In this document: in pieces, positions 30,177 through 40,553 of the stretch
Layout: each line of letters starts with the position of its first letter
Numbering within the stretch: the stretch's first letter is position 1
IMG/VR virus record: IMGVR_UViG_3300024496_000014
Source of the DNA: an uncultured virus (IMG/VR IMGVR_UViG_3300024496_000014)
Taxonomy: Duplodnaviria; Heunggongvirae; Uroviricota; Caudoviricetes
Length of the DNA: 64,000 bases
Direction: 5' to 3' (one strand)
Translations under genes and position numbers: made by a program
Notes under the pieces: generated by a model
Database searches by the model: none
The model's input: the letters and a program-made list of their open reading frames with translations, nothing else
Told to the model about the DNA's origin: nothing

Positions 30177-33100
30177 TTAAGTTCCTGATAAGAACTTAGA
30201 TGCCACTAACATAGTTCCGTCTATTCCTCGTTTAAAGTTTACTTTTGATGTAAAAATTAACTCATCCCCTGTAGTTGTGCCAAGTGCCTGTGGTCCAACT
30301 TGAACAATACCAGCAACAAGTTGGGCTGTAACTGCGTCTGCACCACCTCCAGAAACACGTCTTTGAATATACGCTTTAATTGCTCTCTGTGTTGGTACAA
30401 CATTGTTTGAATCTGCTGTAAACGTTATGTCTGTTGAAAATTCTCTAACGACAACGCCTGATCCACCAACGGTAACACCACCCAACCTCAATTCTTCTAG
30501 ACCTTGTAGTTCAAAGAATTGAGCATTTAATGTAACCGTGCCCGTTGCCTGTTCAACTGAGAATAATTCACCAACTCTAAAGTTACCGTCTTGGTCAGTA
30601 CTTGTGTAGAACACACGACCTCCATCGCGTTCTCTAACTTCATCTTCTGGAGCAAGAACGGTTCCGTTTGGATTTAATGTATCCGGGTAGTTAGTTGAAT
30701 AGAATCCTCCAAGACCGATATCTAAAAAGTCATGTCCAGTTAAACGAACCTGCGAATATTGCTGACGAATTTCAACCGATGTTCCGTGTTCTGGGCTTTC
30801 TTCTCTTCCTAGATCTTTAGCAATGGTTAATCTTGCGGTATAGTTTCCAATTGATCCGCTTAAGATTGTTGCTGTTAATAATTTATAAGTGTAATCGTCA
30901 ATTCCAGCAATGTTTAAGTTATCGCCCGGTCCTGGAATTCTAGTCAAGTTATTAACAACTAAAGAGTCTCCAATTTGATATTGATCTTTATACCCGTCTC
31001 CTGATACGGTTAATACGGTACTAGAAGTTTCGTAACCTGTACCTGCATTAATAATTGTAGGATTACCTAAAACTCCATTACCAATTCTAACTGCTGTAGA
31101 AACATCTGAGCTGTTACTTGGATCTGTAATGGTCATTGCTGGTGCTGATGTGTATCCGCTACCAGGTTCCCAAATATTAATACTAGAAATTCTTCCTGCA
31201 ACAACTCTTGCTCTTGCCTGTGCTTGTACACCAGTGCTGATTAATCTACCAACATTGCTGTTAGTCGAGAATCCTGCAATTGCTAAGAATTTTCCTGGTT
31301 TCATTGGGTTTCCAAAACATACTGCTGCCCAAGGTGCTGTTGTGCTTATCGATTGATAAGTCCAATTATAACCATCTTTTGATATTGCTATAGTATTTGT
31401 ACCGGTTGCAACGGCAACAAACAGACCTTGACCATAAGTTACCTGTTGCCAGTTAGCCGCAGTTAGTGTTGATTCATACCATGTTGAACCGTTAAAACTA
31501 ATTGAAACTTCGGTAGCACCTGCATAACCGCCTGATAGTGCTACCCAGCGATTGTTACCAAAGGCTAGGCTAATTGCACCTTGTGGTATGCTTGTGGCTG
31601 TCCACGCTGTTCCATTTGTTGAATATGCAACCGCAGCACCTGCTGTTGAAGAATCACTAGCGGCTACTATAACAAATTTTCCCGAACCGTATTCGATAGC
31701 GTTCCAGTCAGCACCTTCTGGTAACGAAGATGTAGTCCATGTTGTTAGATCCAATGATGTAGCAACAATATTTTTGCTTCCAGAAATTGCTACCCATGTA
31801 GAATTTCCATATGATACATCTCTCCAGTCTGTTGATCCCGGAATAGTCACCGATGACCAAGATGTGCCGTTAGTTGATTTTGCTACATAACCTCCTGTAG
31901 CAAAAGCTAATAATACTCCTCCAGTATATTTTATTTTTGTCCATAGTGCGGTTACTGGAAGTGTGCCGTTAGTCCAGGTTACCCCGTCGGCTGAATAAGC
32001 AGCAACGTTGCTGTCAATAGCTACCGCTACCCAATATGTTCCATTGAATGCCAAACTACTCCATTGTCTGCTGTTTGGTAATGTAGTTGATGCTGACGTA
32101 AATCCCGGACTAGTAAATGTAATTCGTGGTTCAATTGCATAATTTGCTGTTGTGTTCAACGATGTTTGTATAGGAGTACCCTCAACAAGATGTTCCCACC
32201 CTGCTGCATGTAATAAGAATGAACCTGTAGCGTTAATTAGACCATATACTGAACCGCCTGACGATGTGCTAACTTTAATTTTGTTGTTTAATGAATCAAT
32301 AGTATGAACAAAATAAACAACATAATTAGCAATGTTTCCTATAGTTGTTCCAGAAAATACCACTGGTTGATTTACACTTAATGTTGTGGTGTCTAAAAGT
32401 GTAATCCAGTTTCCTGATGAAGATGTTGCCGAACATGATATTGGGCTTGTAGATTCTTTAGCTACATAAACAACTTTTCCTGTTGCATCATAATCGGCAA
32501 TATATCCATATTGGCCAACACCTTGACCAGATGGAATTAAAATTCTCATTGTTTTATAAGTTGCAGCATCGTTTTCGTCTGATCCTGCAATTACAAATGT
32601 ATATGCATCAGTTGTACCTTGGCCGGCGTTGGTTGTAAACACATATCCAGAACCTCCTTCTGCAGACGAATCGCCTCTATTTGTAATTCTTACTTCGTAA
32701 ACTCCACCATCTCTAATTTCATTACCTGAAACTTGTGCATTAATTCCAGAACCAACAATAGAGTATGAAGCACTAGAATAACCGTTACCGGCATGAGAAT
32801 AAAAGACCTTCATTAATCCTTGGTCGTCGTTAACCATAGTCTGATACACATCTGCATCATAGTATCTATTGTTTACGGTGCAGGTAATTGGATCTTCTGT
32901 GGTATTATATTTTTCAGATACAGCACCATAGGTTCCGTAAGAGCAGTTTCCGTTGGTTCCTCGGATCTTACCACCGTTTGTACATAGATAACCAATGTGG
33001 CAATAATATGTAAAGATCGAAACACATTCTGTTCGGCCTTCACCGTTGGCCCATACACCAATACCGTCACTTAAAATTTGTGTGAAGTCGTTAGCAACCA

Positions 33101-35675
33101 TTGTTTGATTGCCACCGGCATGAAGGTCTCCATCAATCTTAAATCCAACACAGCCTGTACCAAACGTAGTGCAGTTAACTACGAACGGTGACTTAGTTCC
33201 TACCCATACACTAGTATCAGTTGGTCCCCATCCCGGATCTAGAGAAGCATAAGCCCCCGCAGACGGTCTTCTTGTTCCGTATTCATTAATTTCACCGAGT
33301 GTTCCTTCGAGCCCAATTAATGTTGCATTTCTTAAACCGGTTCCGTCTTGTAACAAGAACATGTTTGAAGTTTTGTTCATTTCTGCATTGTTGCCGTTGA
33401 TAAAAAAGTTTGCAGCATTAATGGTATAGAAATTTCCAGGATATCCTATATCGTGAATCAATGCTTCAACAATCCTAGTAACATCTTGCGTCCATCTAGC
33501 AGGAAGTTCTGCTAGAGTAGAATCAACAAAATTTGCTTCAATGTATGATGTTGTTTCACTAATAATAAACTCTTTATTATTAACTAGCTGATTATATGCA
33601 TTTAATCTTGCAGAAATTGCTGTTAATGTGTTTGTTCCAGAAAAAGTTACTGGGTTATAACTTTCAACTCTATTTTTAAATTGAGTTACTAAAGAGGTAA
33701 TTGCTAACACTTCGTCGTCACCGCCAGGTGAACCACTGAAGTCTTGTGGAAGATGGCCATATACTCTAGTACCGAATGCTGGACTTTCTTCGTCAGTATC
33801 TCCTATTACATCTTCTTTTACTATCAATGATGCAATAATTCCTATGTAATCAACAGCATCTAAAATTCTACTAATATAATCATTGCTGAATATATTTTCA
33901 GCAGGCTTAATAATAGTTCCACGAAGTTCGTCACCGACAATGGCTACAAATGCAGGAATTCTAATAGGTAAAATTTCTTCAAATACGCCTGTTCTTGCAA
34001 AAATTGTTGCATAGCCTGTAACATTTTCTGTTGCATATCTAAGTGTTTTCCAAGGTTTTTGTGGAGATGTACCAGAACTTGCATCATCAGATCCGTGAGG
34101 TGCAACATAATAAACCTTGTTTGATTCGAACATATTTTTCCAAGTTGGAAGGCCGTTCTCAACTTGTAAAACTTGTCCCTGTTCGCCAACTGGCAATCTA
34201 GTGTATCCAACGGTACTGCCATCTTCTGTTGGGCCAAACATTCTTATGTCGCCTAGATTTTTTAATCGATTGTTTTTATTTCCGTCGGTAATTTTTTCCC
34301 AATAACGGCCGTGTAAGGTACTTCCATCCTCAGCATCGTCGTCCGGTCTGTTTGTTTGATCGGATTCGTGATTGTCTAAGCATCTGTAAGAGCTAGAAAC
34401 CCAAACTACCGTATCACCTGCACGATAAAAAATGTTCGGAGTCCATACACCAACCCAACGAGAGCCGGGAATAACTAAATCCCAATATGCAGAATTTGTT
34501 GAGCTTCCGTCATTAAGAATATCAGGATCTTGGCCAATGCTATCTGAAAATGCTAGATATAAATTTCCGCCTCTTCGAACAACATCTCCAATTTTATATT
34601 GAATAAATGCATCCCATGTTCCGGCAATTCTTGTGCTTTGAAATAATAATTGCCATGCTGTTGTCTGTGTTGATGGGTTTTGTCCGACTACGCTACTGCT
34701 CAATGCAACATATAAGTTTCCACCGTATCTAACAATATCGCCTTGTTGATAATTTGTTGTTGATGACCAATTTACATCGTATTCTGCTCCAGGGCAAAAT
34801 ATAGACCAATTACTAATATCAAAATTTGTAGCAGATAAATGAAATGTTGTGCAATAGTACAGATAAGAACCGTATTTTACTACATCATTAAGTTTATAGG
34901 TAACGCTATCTTCCCATGTACCGACATATTCGTATCCGTTATGTAAAATACTCCATTTACCGTAATCAGCATTTAACCCTAGTGTATCAGAACCTGCTGC
35001 TTTATGACCAACGGTACATTTGTAAGTAACACCACCATATTTGACAACATCATTTACTTTATATCGTGTGTTAATAGTCCAAGTTCCTTGCCAATCTAGA
35101 GAATCATTAACTACGTCCCAAAAACTTTGACTATTTTCTAAACCAGATTCAAATGATCCGGCTGACAGGTGTGAGGAATTACAACGATAAGCAATACCAC
35201 CATAACGAACTACATCGTTTAATTTATAATATGTTGATGGTGCCCAATCTTCTGCCCAATTTTTTGAAGTGATTTGAATTGTCCATTTATCAGCATCTGC
35301 TGAAAAATATGAATCTAAAGTTGCAGAAGTTGGATTTTCAGGATCTGGGGCAGAAGAAGTATGACCTTCTACGCATAGATAAGTTGTTCCGCCAAACTTA
35401 ACAAGGTCACCAACTTTATAATATGTATCGGTTTCCCAGTCTCCTAACCAGCTGACACCGTCTGCTACCAATTCCCATCTTGGAACTAATAATGGAGGAA
35501 TATCATTATTATAAAATTCTAAGTCAGCATAAAAATCAAAATTTGAAACGTGTGTTGTTAAACAGGTGAAAGATTTTCCACCGTAACTTACAATGTCATC
35601 AGGATTATATCTTGTTGCAGGAGCCCATTCGCCCTGCCAAGTATATCTAAATCTACTTAATTTAAAATCTGCCAT
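30177..35675 (-). CDS. Giant modular fibre/virion protein (1832 aa), paralogue of the 3071-aa protein
   Basis: MADFKLSRFRYTW vs MAEFKLGRIRFVW; shared KVYYVAPHG, NDFTQ, YSQVRLTGHDFLD and GGRVFYTSTDQDGNFRVG. Confidence 0.85.
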   Translation of the reverse strand: MADFKLSRFRYTWQGEWAPATRYNPDDIVSYGGKSFTCLTTHVSNFDFYADLEFYNNDIPPLLVPRWELVADGVSWLGDWETDTYYKVGDLVKFGGTTYLCVEGHTSSAPDPENPTSATLDSYFSADADKWTIQITSKNWAEDWAPSTYYKLNDVVRYGGIAYRCNSSHLSAGSFESGLENSQSFWDVVNDSLDWQGTWTINTRYKVNDVVKYGGVTYKCTVGHKAAGSDTLGLNADYGKWSILHNGYEYVGTWEDSVTYKLNDVVKYGSYLYYCTTFHLSATNFDISNWSIFCPGAEYDVNWSSTTNYQQGDIVRYGGNLYVALSSSVVGQNPSTQTTAWQLLFQSTRIAGTWDAFIQYKIGDVVRRGGNLYLAFSDSIGQDPDILNDGSSTNSAYWDLVIPGSRWVGVWTPNIFYRAGDTVVWVSSSYRCLDNHESDQTNRPDDDAEDGSTLHGRYWEKITDGNKNNRLKNLGDIRMFGPTEDGSTVGYTRLPVGEQGQVLQVENGLPTWKNMFESNKVYYVAPHGSDDASSGTSPQKPWKTLRYATENVTGYATIFARTGVFEEILPIRIPAFVAIVGDELRGTIIKPAENIFSNDYISRILDAVDYIGIIASLIVKEDVIGDTDEESPAFGTRVYGHLPQDFSGSPGGDDEVLAITSLVTQFKNRVESYNPVTFSGTNTLTAISARLNAYNQLVNNKEFIISETTSYIEANFVDSTLAELPARWTQDVTRIVEALIHDIGYPGNFYTINAANFFINGNNAEMNKTSNMFLLQDGTGLRNATLIGLEGTLGEINEYGTRRPSAGAYASLDPGWGPTDTSVWVGTKSPFVVNCTTFGTGCVGFKIDGDLHAGGNQTMVANDFTQILSDGIGVWANGEGRTECVSIFTYYCHIGYLCTNGGKIRGTNGNCSYGTYGAVSEKYNTTEDPITCTVNNRYYDADVYQTMVNDDQGLMKVFYSHAGNGYSSASYSIVGSGINAQVSGNEIRDGGVYEVRITNRGDSSAEGGSGYVFTTNAGQGTTDAYTFVIAGSDENDAATYKTMRILIPSGQGVGQYGYIADYDATGKVVYVAKESTSPISCSATSSSGNWITLLDTTTLSVNQPVVFSGTTIGNIANYVVYFVHTIDSLNNKIKVSTSSGGSVYGLINATGSFLLHAAGWEHLVEGTPIQTSLNTTANYAIEPRITFTSPGFTSASTTLPNSRQWSSLAFNGTYWVAVAIDSNVAAYSADGVTWTNGTLPVTALWTKIKYTGGVLLAFATGGYVAKSTNGTSWSSVTIPGSTDWRDVSYGNSTWVAISGSKNIVATSLDLTTWTTSSLPEGADWNAIEYGSGKFVIVAASDSSTAGAAVAYSTNGTAWTATSIPQGAISLAFGNNRWVALSGGYAGATEVSISFNGSTWYESTLTAANWQQVTYGQGLFVAVATGTNTIAISKDGYNWTYQSISTTAPWAAVCFGNPMKPGKFLAIAGFSTNSNVGRLISTGVQAQARARVVAGRISSINIWEPGSGYTSAPAMTITDPSNSSDVSTAVRIGNGVLGNPTIINAGTGYETSSTVLTVSGDGYKDQYQIGDSLVVNNLTRIPGPGDNLNIAGIDDYTYKLLTATILSGSIGNYTARLTIAKDLGREESPEHGTSVEIRQQYSQVRLTGHDFLDIGLGGFYSTNYPDTLNPNGTVLAPEDEVRERDGGRVFYTSTDQDGNFRVGELFSVEQATGTVTLNAQFFELQGLEELRLGGVTVGGSGVVVREFSTDITFTADSNNVVPTQRAIKAYIQRRVSGGGADAVTAQLVAGIVQVGPQALGTTTGDELIFTSKVNFKRGIDGTMLVASKFLSGT
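30569..30620. repeat. 52-bp perfect repeat, copy 2
   Basis: Identical to 21298-21349. Confidence 0.9.
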
Positions 35676-35681
35676 TTATTA

Positions 35682-36056
35682 TTATTCCTCTGATGATCCG
35701 TTATCATAGACATAACCTTCATTAACACGAACAACTAATTCACCTTCTTCATTAATATAATAGAACATTGGACGATCGTCCCATCTATACTGAGTATAGT
35801 TTAAATTTTCGTAAACAGGGTTATGGTTAACATCTATGCCTTCAAAAAAATCTACACCAGTTTCAAAATCTGTGTAATTATTTTCTTCTAAACCTGGATT
35901 ATTAATTGTAATAATTCCTTTATCTTTAACTTGGTCAACCCTAGCTAAAAATAAACTTCCATTTTCATTTTTTCTTAGTCCGTAGAAAAATCTAGGAGTG
36001 TCGCCTAGGCGTGATACCGGATCATCGCCTAAATAATAATTATTTCCGCCTGCCAT
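35682..36056 (-). CDS. Hypothetical virion protein
   Basis: 124-aa ORF within the structural operon; AAGGAG SD. Confidence 0.65.
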   Translation of the reverse strand: MAGGNNYYLGDDPVSRLGDTPRFFYGLRKNENGSLFLARVDQVKDKGIITINNPGLEENNYTDFETGVDFFEGIDVNHNPVYENLNYTQYRWDDRPMFYYINEEGELVVRVNEGYVYDNGSSEE

Positions 36057-36066
36057 CTTCTACTCC

Positions 36067-36399
36067 TTATGATATCTCAACGTAACTTACTACTGCGTCA
36101 ACGCTTGTTTCGGTATCGCTGACAATTCTTAATCCTGCTGTTTCTGGTAATATTAATTTTTCTCCGTTAGTAATTAACTTTACCGATGAGTTTGGAGGTA
36201 TTGGTAGTCCTTTGATATAGACTGCTTCAACACTATCCTCACTAACTACATAAACGTCAACAACGCAAACATCGTAGTCAGTTGTGTTTGCTAGATTACA
36301 TCCGATCACGGTAATTCTATAACCGATAGGGGTTTGTAATACGTCAACTGGTGATGTTCCTATTCCTGTGTTAACTGCATGTTTAAACGTGGTTGGCAT
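36067..36399 (-). CDS. Small beta-rich virion protein
   Basis: TVIGCNLAN...IPPNSS...KLILP...VDAVVSYVEI. Confidence 0.65.
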   Translation of the reverse strand: MPTTFKHAVNTGIGTSPVDVLQTPIGYRITVIGCNLANTTDYDVCVVDVYVVSEDSVEAVYIKGLPIPPNSSVKLITNGEKLILPETAGLRIVSDTETSVDAVVSYVEIS

Positions 36400-36406
36400 T
36401 TTATTC

Positions 36407-37462
36407 TTATCCTAATGTCAATGCATATTTGATTGCAATGTCGTTTGCTGTACCTTCAGAAACAGCACCAATGGTACCTGCCGGACTGGCCCAAACTAAT
36501 CCGTCCCAAATTTCTAAAGCCTTGGAGTCAGTATTATAACGAGTCATACCAACTTCTAGATAAGGTGCTACTGGTCTTTGTCCAGAAGTTCCTTTAGGTG
36601 GAACAAACGCATTTGTTCCTGTGATTTTAAAATACCCTGCACCAGATTGTACAAATTCAGTAACAGAATTTGAAACCGTATTTGTAATTACATTATCTCT
36701 AATAGAAAAATTACCAACTCTTAACGCACCAGAGCCGTTTGGATCTAAAATTAAATCTTGCCCTGATGTTGTGGTGATTGTATTATCAAATATTGTTATG
36801 CTTCCAACATCAAAAGTGTTTAAATTTAAAGTATTAGCATAAAAATTATTAGCATAGATATCTTTCCATCTATTTCCTGATGAACCGATATCATAAGTAT
36901 TATCTGTTTCTGGTACTAGGTCGCTTTTAATACTAGCGTTAATTGTAACGGTATCGAATAAACTATCACCGATTACTAAATTGCCGCCAATTGTAACATT
37001 TCCTGTAGCATTTATGTTTCCGCCAATTGTAACATTTCCTGTAATGTTTGCAGAACTTTGAATGTCAACTATTCCTGTTCCGTTAGGGCGTAATTCTAAA
37101 TTTGAATTAGAAACGGTTGTTGAAATAGTGTTATTATTAAGTTCTAGATCATTAACAATTAGTCTAGAATGGTATGCTGTTGCCTCACCGCCTGATGCGG
37201 TAAAGCTAATAGTTGGAAGTGTGCTGTTGATTGTGTTACCAGAAATGGTAAAGTTACCAATATCAAATTGATTAGTAACTTCTAAATCTGTTGTTCTGGT
37301 TGTACCTACTACGTCTAGGGCGAATTGTGGATCAGCAGAGTTTATGCCAATCTTGGAGTTGACTACATCAAGATACAGAAGGTCGGTCTCAAAAGCCAAA
37401 TTCACACCATCTCTAATGAGATTGGCTTTTAAGAGCGGCCCGGAAATACGACCAATCGCCAT
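36407..37462 (-). CDS. Virion structural protein (fibre-like)
   Basis: Starts MAIGRISGPLLK; LxPNGTG repeats; PKGTSGQRP...RYNTD C-terminal motif. Confidence 0.7.
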   Translation of the reverse strand: MAIGRISGPLLKANLIRDGVNLAFETDLLYLDVVNSKIGINSADPQFALDVVGTTRTTDLEVTNQFDIGNFTISGNTINSTLPTISFTASGGEATAYHSRLIVNDLELNNNTISTTVSNSNLELRPNGTGIVDIQSSANITGNVTIGGNINATGNVTIGGNLVIGDSLFDTVTINASIKSDLVPETDNTYDIGSSGNRWKDIYANNFYANTLNLNTFDVGSITIFDNTITTTSGQDLILDPNGSGALRVGNFSIRDNVITNTVSNSVTEFVQSGAGYFKITGTNAFVPPKGTSGQRPVAPYLEVGMTRYNTDSKALEIWDGLVWASPAGTIGAVSEGTANDIAIKYALTLG

Positions 37463-37479
37463 ACGCTCTCCCCTAGACA

Positions 37480-37571
37480 CCGTGTTTCACGGATAACCAC
37501 TTTTTCAGCTGTTCGCTCTATGCGGGTTTACCACAGGTTAATTTTACAAGAAAATTGGTCTTCTCTTGCAA
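37480..37571 (-). promoter_or_regulatory. Structured 5' leader downstream of a late promoter (TAAATA 37579-37584)
   Basis: Three consecutive stems: TTGCAAGA/TCTTGTAA, TAACC...GGTTA and CCGTG-AAA-CACGG, ahead of the SD. Confidence 0.5.
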
Positions 37572-37598
37572 TTAGTAGTATTTAGTCGTATAGGAAAA

Positions 37599-38738
37599 TT
37601 AACCCACTACAAGGGCCCAAAGATTAGTAAGCTCTTCCATGATAGGTAATGTAACTACAACGCCACCACCAGTGGCTACGGTATAAACATTACCATCAAA
37701 ACACTCTAAATAACCTTTTTCGGTATTCCAGCGAGTGTCACCTTCTTCAATGTATGGACGCTGAGAATTATTACCTACAGGAACAACTACACCAGTATCT
37801 GTATTAAATTTTGTCCATCCAGCGGCAGTTTGTGTAATAGTAATTGGGGTATTTTCTAAGTTTGTTATAACACCAGCGTTTATATTAATCTTTTCTAATG
37901 TTATATTCCCAGATGCTGAGTCAAGTACAAGATCGTCGTTGCTTTGAATTGTTGATATTGTATGTCCTGTTATTAGTGTTTGCCCACTAATAATTAAATT
38001 TGTTGTATTAATGCTTGTAACGCCCGGATCGTCATAAAACCAAAATTCTGCCCAGCGTTTGTTTGGTTTTCCAAGATCGTACAGGTTGTTATCTCCAGGA
38101 ATAATACTTTGTGTAAAGTCCGGAGATACAACAACGGTATCAACAGCGTTATCGCCAATGGTTAGTGTACCGTTAAATTGTAAATTACCTGCGGCACTGA
38201 TATTTCCTCCTACAGACAAATTATTATTAATATTAACACTTGACTGAAAATCAACTATTCCTGTTCCGTGAGGATCTAATATTAAACTTGTATTTGTAGT
38301 TGTAACATTAATGTAATTGTCTTTTAATTCTAATTTAGGATTTGTAACTTTTCCATATTCAACATACGGATTACTACCTTGAGGTTCAATAATAATAGGA
38401 CCCACGGTAGAAGTTATTGAGCCTGTAGAATTAAAAACAATATTATCAAATGTAGCTGTGGTTCCGCTGGCTATAAAATTATCTGAAACTTTAGTTTTTC
38501 CAATAACTTCAAGTGCAAAATTTGGATTTTCTTTGTTAATACCAATCCTATTGTTATTAACATCAATATATAAAAGATCAGGATCGGTTGATGTATTTCT
38601 AAATGTAAGATCTACACCGTTTCTTAAAAGATTTTCTTTTAATAATTTTCCACTAATTCGCCCTAGGGCAGAGGCAGGATTATATTCATCGCCACCAAAC
38701 CCTTCGCTAAATCCACCATCTGAAATAATATCTGACAT
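37599..38738 (-). CDS. Virion structural protein, paralogue of 36407
   Basis: LGRISGKLLKENL, LDPHGTG, PVGNNSQRP...RWNTE. Confidence 0.7.
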   Translation of the reverse strand: MSDIISDGGFSEGFGGDEYNPASALGRISGKLLKENLLRNGVDLTFRNTSTDPDLLYIDVNNNRIGINKENPNFALEVIGKTKVSDNFIASGTTATFDNIVFNSTGSITSTVGPIIIEPQGSNPYVEYGKVTNPKLELKDNYINVTTTNTSLILDPHGTGIVDFQSSVNINNNLSVGGNISAAGNLQFNGTLTIGDNAVDTVVVSPDFTQSIIPGDNNLYDLGKPNKRWAEFWFYDDPGVTSINTTNLIISGQTLITGHTISTIQSNDDLVLDSASGNITLEKININAGVITNLENTPITITQTAAGWTKFNTDTGVVVPVGNNSQRPYIEEGDTRWNTEKGYLECFDGNVYTVATGGGVVVTLPIMEELTNLWALVVG

Positions 38739-38740
38739 AA

Positions 38741-39628
38741 TTAATCAGTTCCAAACATTTCTAATACATTAACTCGAACATTAGCATTAACCGTTGATGT
38801 TATTGTAATTTCTATACTTCCAGCAACATAATTTCCATCAAATGTTGCCAACGGGGTTGCTCCAGTATAAATTAATCCATAAGCCGTTACATAAACATTA
38901 CCACTTAACTGATCGTAGATAGCCAATAAATCATTTGCTTGCGAGGCATATGGACTAAAAGATTCAACAAATACTACTAATTTAACTGCTCGAATGTATC
39001 TTCCATTGCTGCTGTATATACTAGTTTCAATTCCAGAATTTACCGTTTGATATTCGCTAGAGATACTAATTGAGGAATCTAAATTTAATCTTCCAGAGGT
39101 ATCTAATGCAAACGTATGTCCGTTGTTTGCAAGCTCTACACTTTGTCCTGAGCTAGAAATTGTAATAGAGTCTGAAACAGCATTAGTTGTTATACTAACT
39201 CCGGTTCCGGCTATTAAAGTTAATGTATCGGTTGAGCTGTCAGCAGAAACGGTGGATTGTCCTGATACTGCTATGTATTTGAAGCTGTCAGTGGTGCTGC
39301 CCCCGCCACCGACAAGATAACTTTCTGCAAGGCTTGACGGAAATGTCACTGAAACATTTTTGCCGCCTACTGGAAAATTAACTAAAGAATTATTGTTAGA
39401 TGAAGATACAATCGTATCTCGTGTTAGACTAGAAGTGATTGTAAAATAAGTACCGCGACCTACTTCCCAATTACCTGCATTATCTATAATAAGATAATAA
39501 GTTTCGTTTCCGTCACCGATAGCATCATTAAAACTCTGAAAACCAGGATAAGTTGTGGTCAAGATGAAATCACCCGTTCCTGTGCTATGTGAACGAACTT
39601 TAACTCTATCTGCTAAAACAAAAGCCAT
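38741..39628 (-). CDS. Virion structural/fibre protein
   Basis: MAFVLADRVK...TGTG...WEVGRGT N-terminal module; ADSSTDTLTLIAGTG; late promoter at 39657-39662. Confidence 0.65.
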   Translation of the reverse strand: MAFVLADRVKVRSHSTGTGDFILTTTYPGFQSFNDAIGDGNETYYLIIDNAGNWEVGRGTYFTITSSLTRDTIVSSSNNNSLVNFPVGGKNVSVTFPSSLAESYLVGGGGSTTDSFKYIAVSGQSTVSADSSTDTLTLIAGTGVSITTNAVSDSITISSSGQSVELANNGHTFALDTSGRLNLDSSISISSEYQTVNSGIETSIYSSNGRYIRAVKLVVFVESFSPYASQANDLLAIYDQLSGNVYVTAYGLIYTGATPLATFDGNYVAGSIEITITSTVNANVRVNVLEMFGTD

Positions 39629-39674
39629 TTACGTATCTCCGCTCCATTGATACGTATATTTAACCGTTTTAATA

Positions 39675-40175
39675 TTAGTTTGCGAAACCGAAATATATGG
39701 TTATTGACTTATCTAATGGTACTGCACTAGTAAACACAATATAAGCATCTCCTGAACCCAAGTGATTATAGGATATATTGTAGTTTGTTACCGAAATTTG
39801 AATTACGTTTTCAACTAGGACAATAATATTATCATCGGCTGCAGGAATAGAATACAGCGGGCCAAATGTTGTTTCAATATCGTCGCCTGGTCCTAACGTT
39901 TGTTTGTATATTGATGTTGCGCCCGGCGCTCTAACTACTTCCCAAACGCCGCTAATTAATGCTTCTATAGAATTTGTGTCTGTGTTATATCTAATAAATC
40001 CGTCAGCTCCTTCCGGATTTCTTACACTAGATGTTTGCGGTCTTTGAGCTTCTGTTCCTTTAGGAAGTCTAAGACCACCGGTTAGATCCATAACTGCACG
40101 ACCATAGTGATTAGTAAACAAAGTGTTATCACTAGGACTATATTTGCTAATAGTTTTTTGTTTAAGAAATCTCAT
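39675..40175 (-). CDS. Virion structural protein
   Basis: LPKGTEAQRP...IRYNTD motif shared with 36407 and 37599. Confidence 0.65.
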   Translation of the reverse strand: MRFLKQKTISKYSPSDNTLFTNHYGRAVMDLTGGLRLPKGTEAQRPQTSSVRNPEGADGFIRYNTDTNSIEALISGVWEVVRAPGATSIYKQTLGPGDDIETTFGPLYSIPAADDNIIVLVENVIQISVTNYNISYNHLGSGDAYIVFTSAVPLDKSITIYFGFAN

Positions 40176-40540
40176 ACTGCCAATGTGCTCACGGTTATAC
40201 TTAATAGATTTGCTGCGCTTGCAGTCATTCTAATTGTATCTCCTGCATCTAGAACAATTTTTTCATCGCTGAAAAATACGGTTTCTCCTGCAGGTATAAT
40301 TAAATTTTTAACAATTGTATTAGTATCAGAAGCACTACCGCCACCTGCACATAAATTAATTGTTATTGTAGAACTATTGACGGTTTCGTCTGTTAAATTT
40401 GGAGTCCCTGTGTTGCAGATGATAATCGATGTAACTGCATTTTCTTGTCCTAATACAGGACCTGCAATTGGAGCCCCAGTTGTACTACTGGTGTATACTA
40501 GTGTATCGCTAGTTGTTGTTAGTCTGGTGCTATATATCAT
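40172..40540 (-). CDS. Small beta-rich virion protein
   Basis: AVTSIIICN...IPAGET...KIVLDAGD. Confidence 0.65.
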   Translation of the reverse strand: MIYSTRLTTTSDTLVYTSSTTGAPIAGPVLGQENAVTSIIICNTGTPNLTDETVNSSTITINLCAGGGSASDTNTIVKNLIIPAGETVFFSDEKIVLDAGDTIRMTASAANLLSITVSTLAV

Positions 40541-40553
40541 GTTTTTCTATCTC

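Noticed and set aside
21298..30620. Diversity-generating retroelement TR/VR pair
   Set aside because: The repeats are identical with no adenine-specific mismatches, and there is no reverse transcriptase in the window
37500..37540. c-di-GMP-I riboswitch (GGTAAACC)
   Set aside because: Lacks the GNRA-capped P2 and the CGCAAAG junction; kept only as an unknown structured leader
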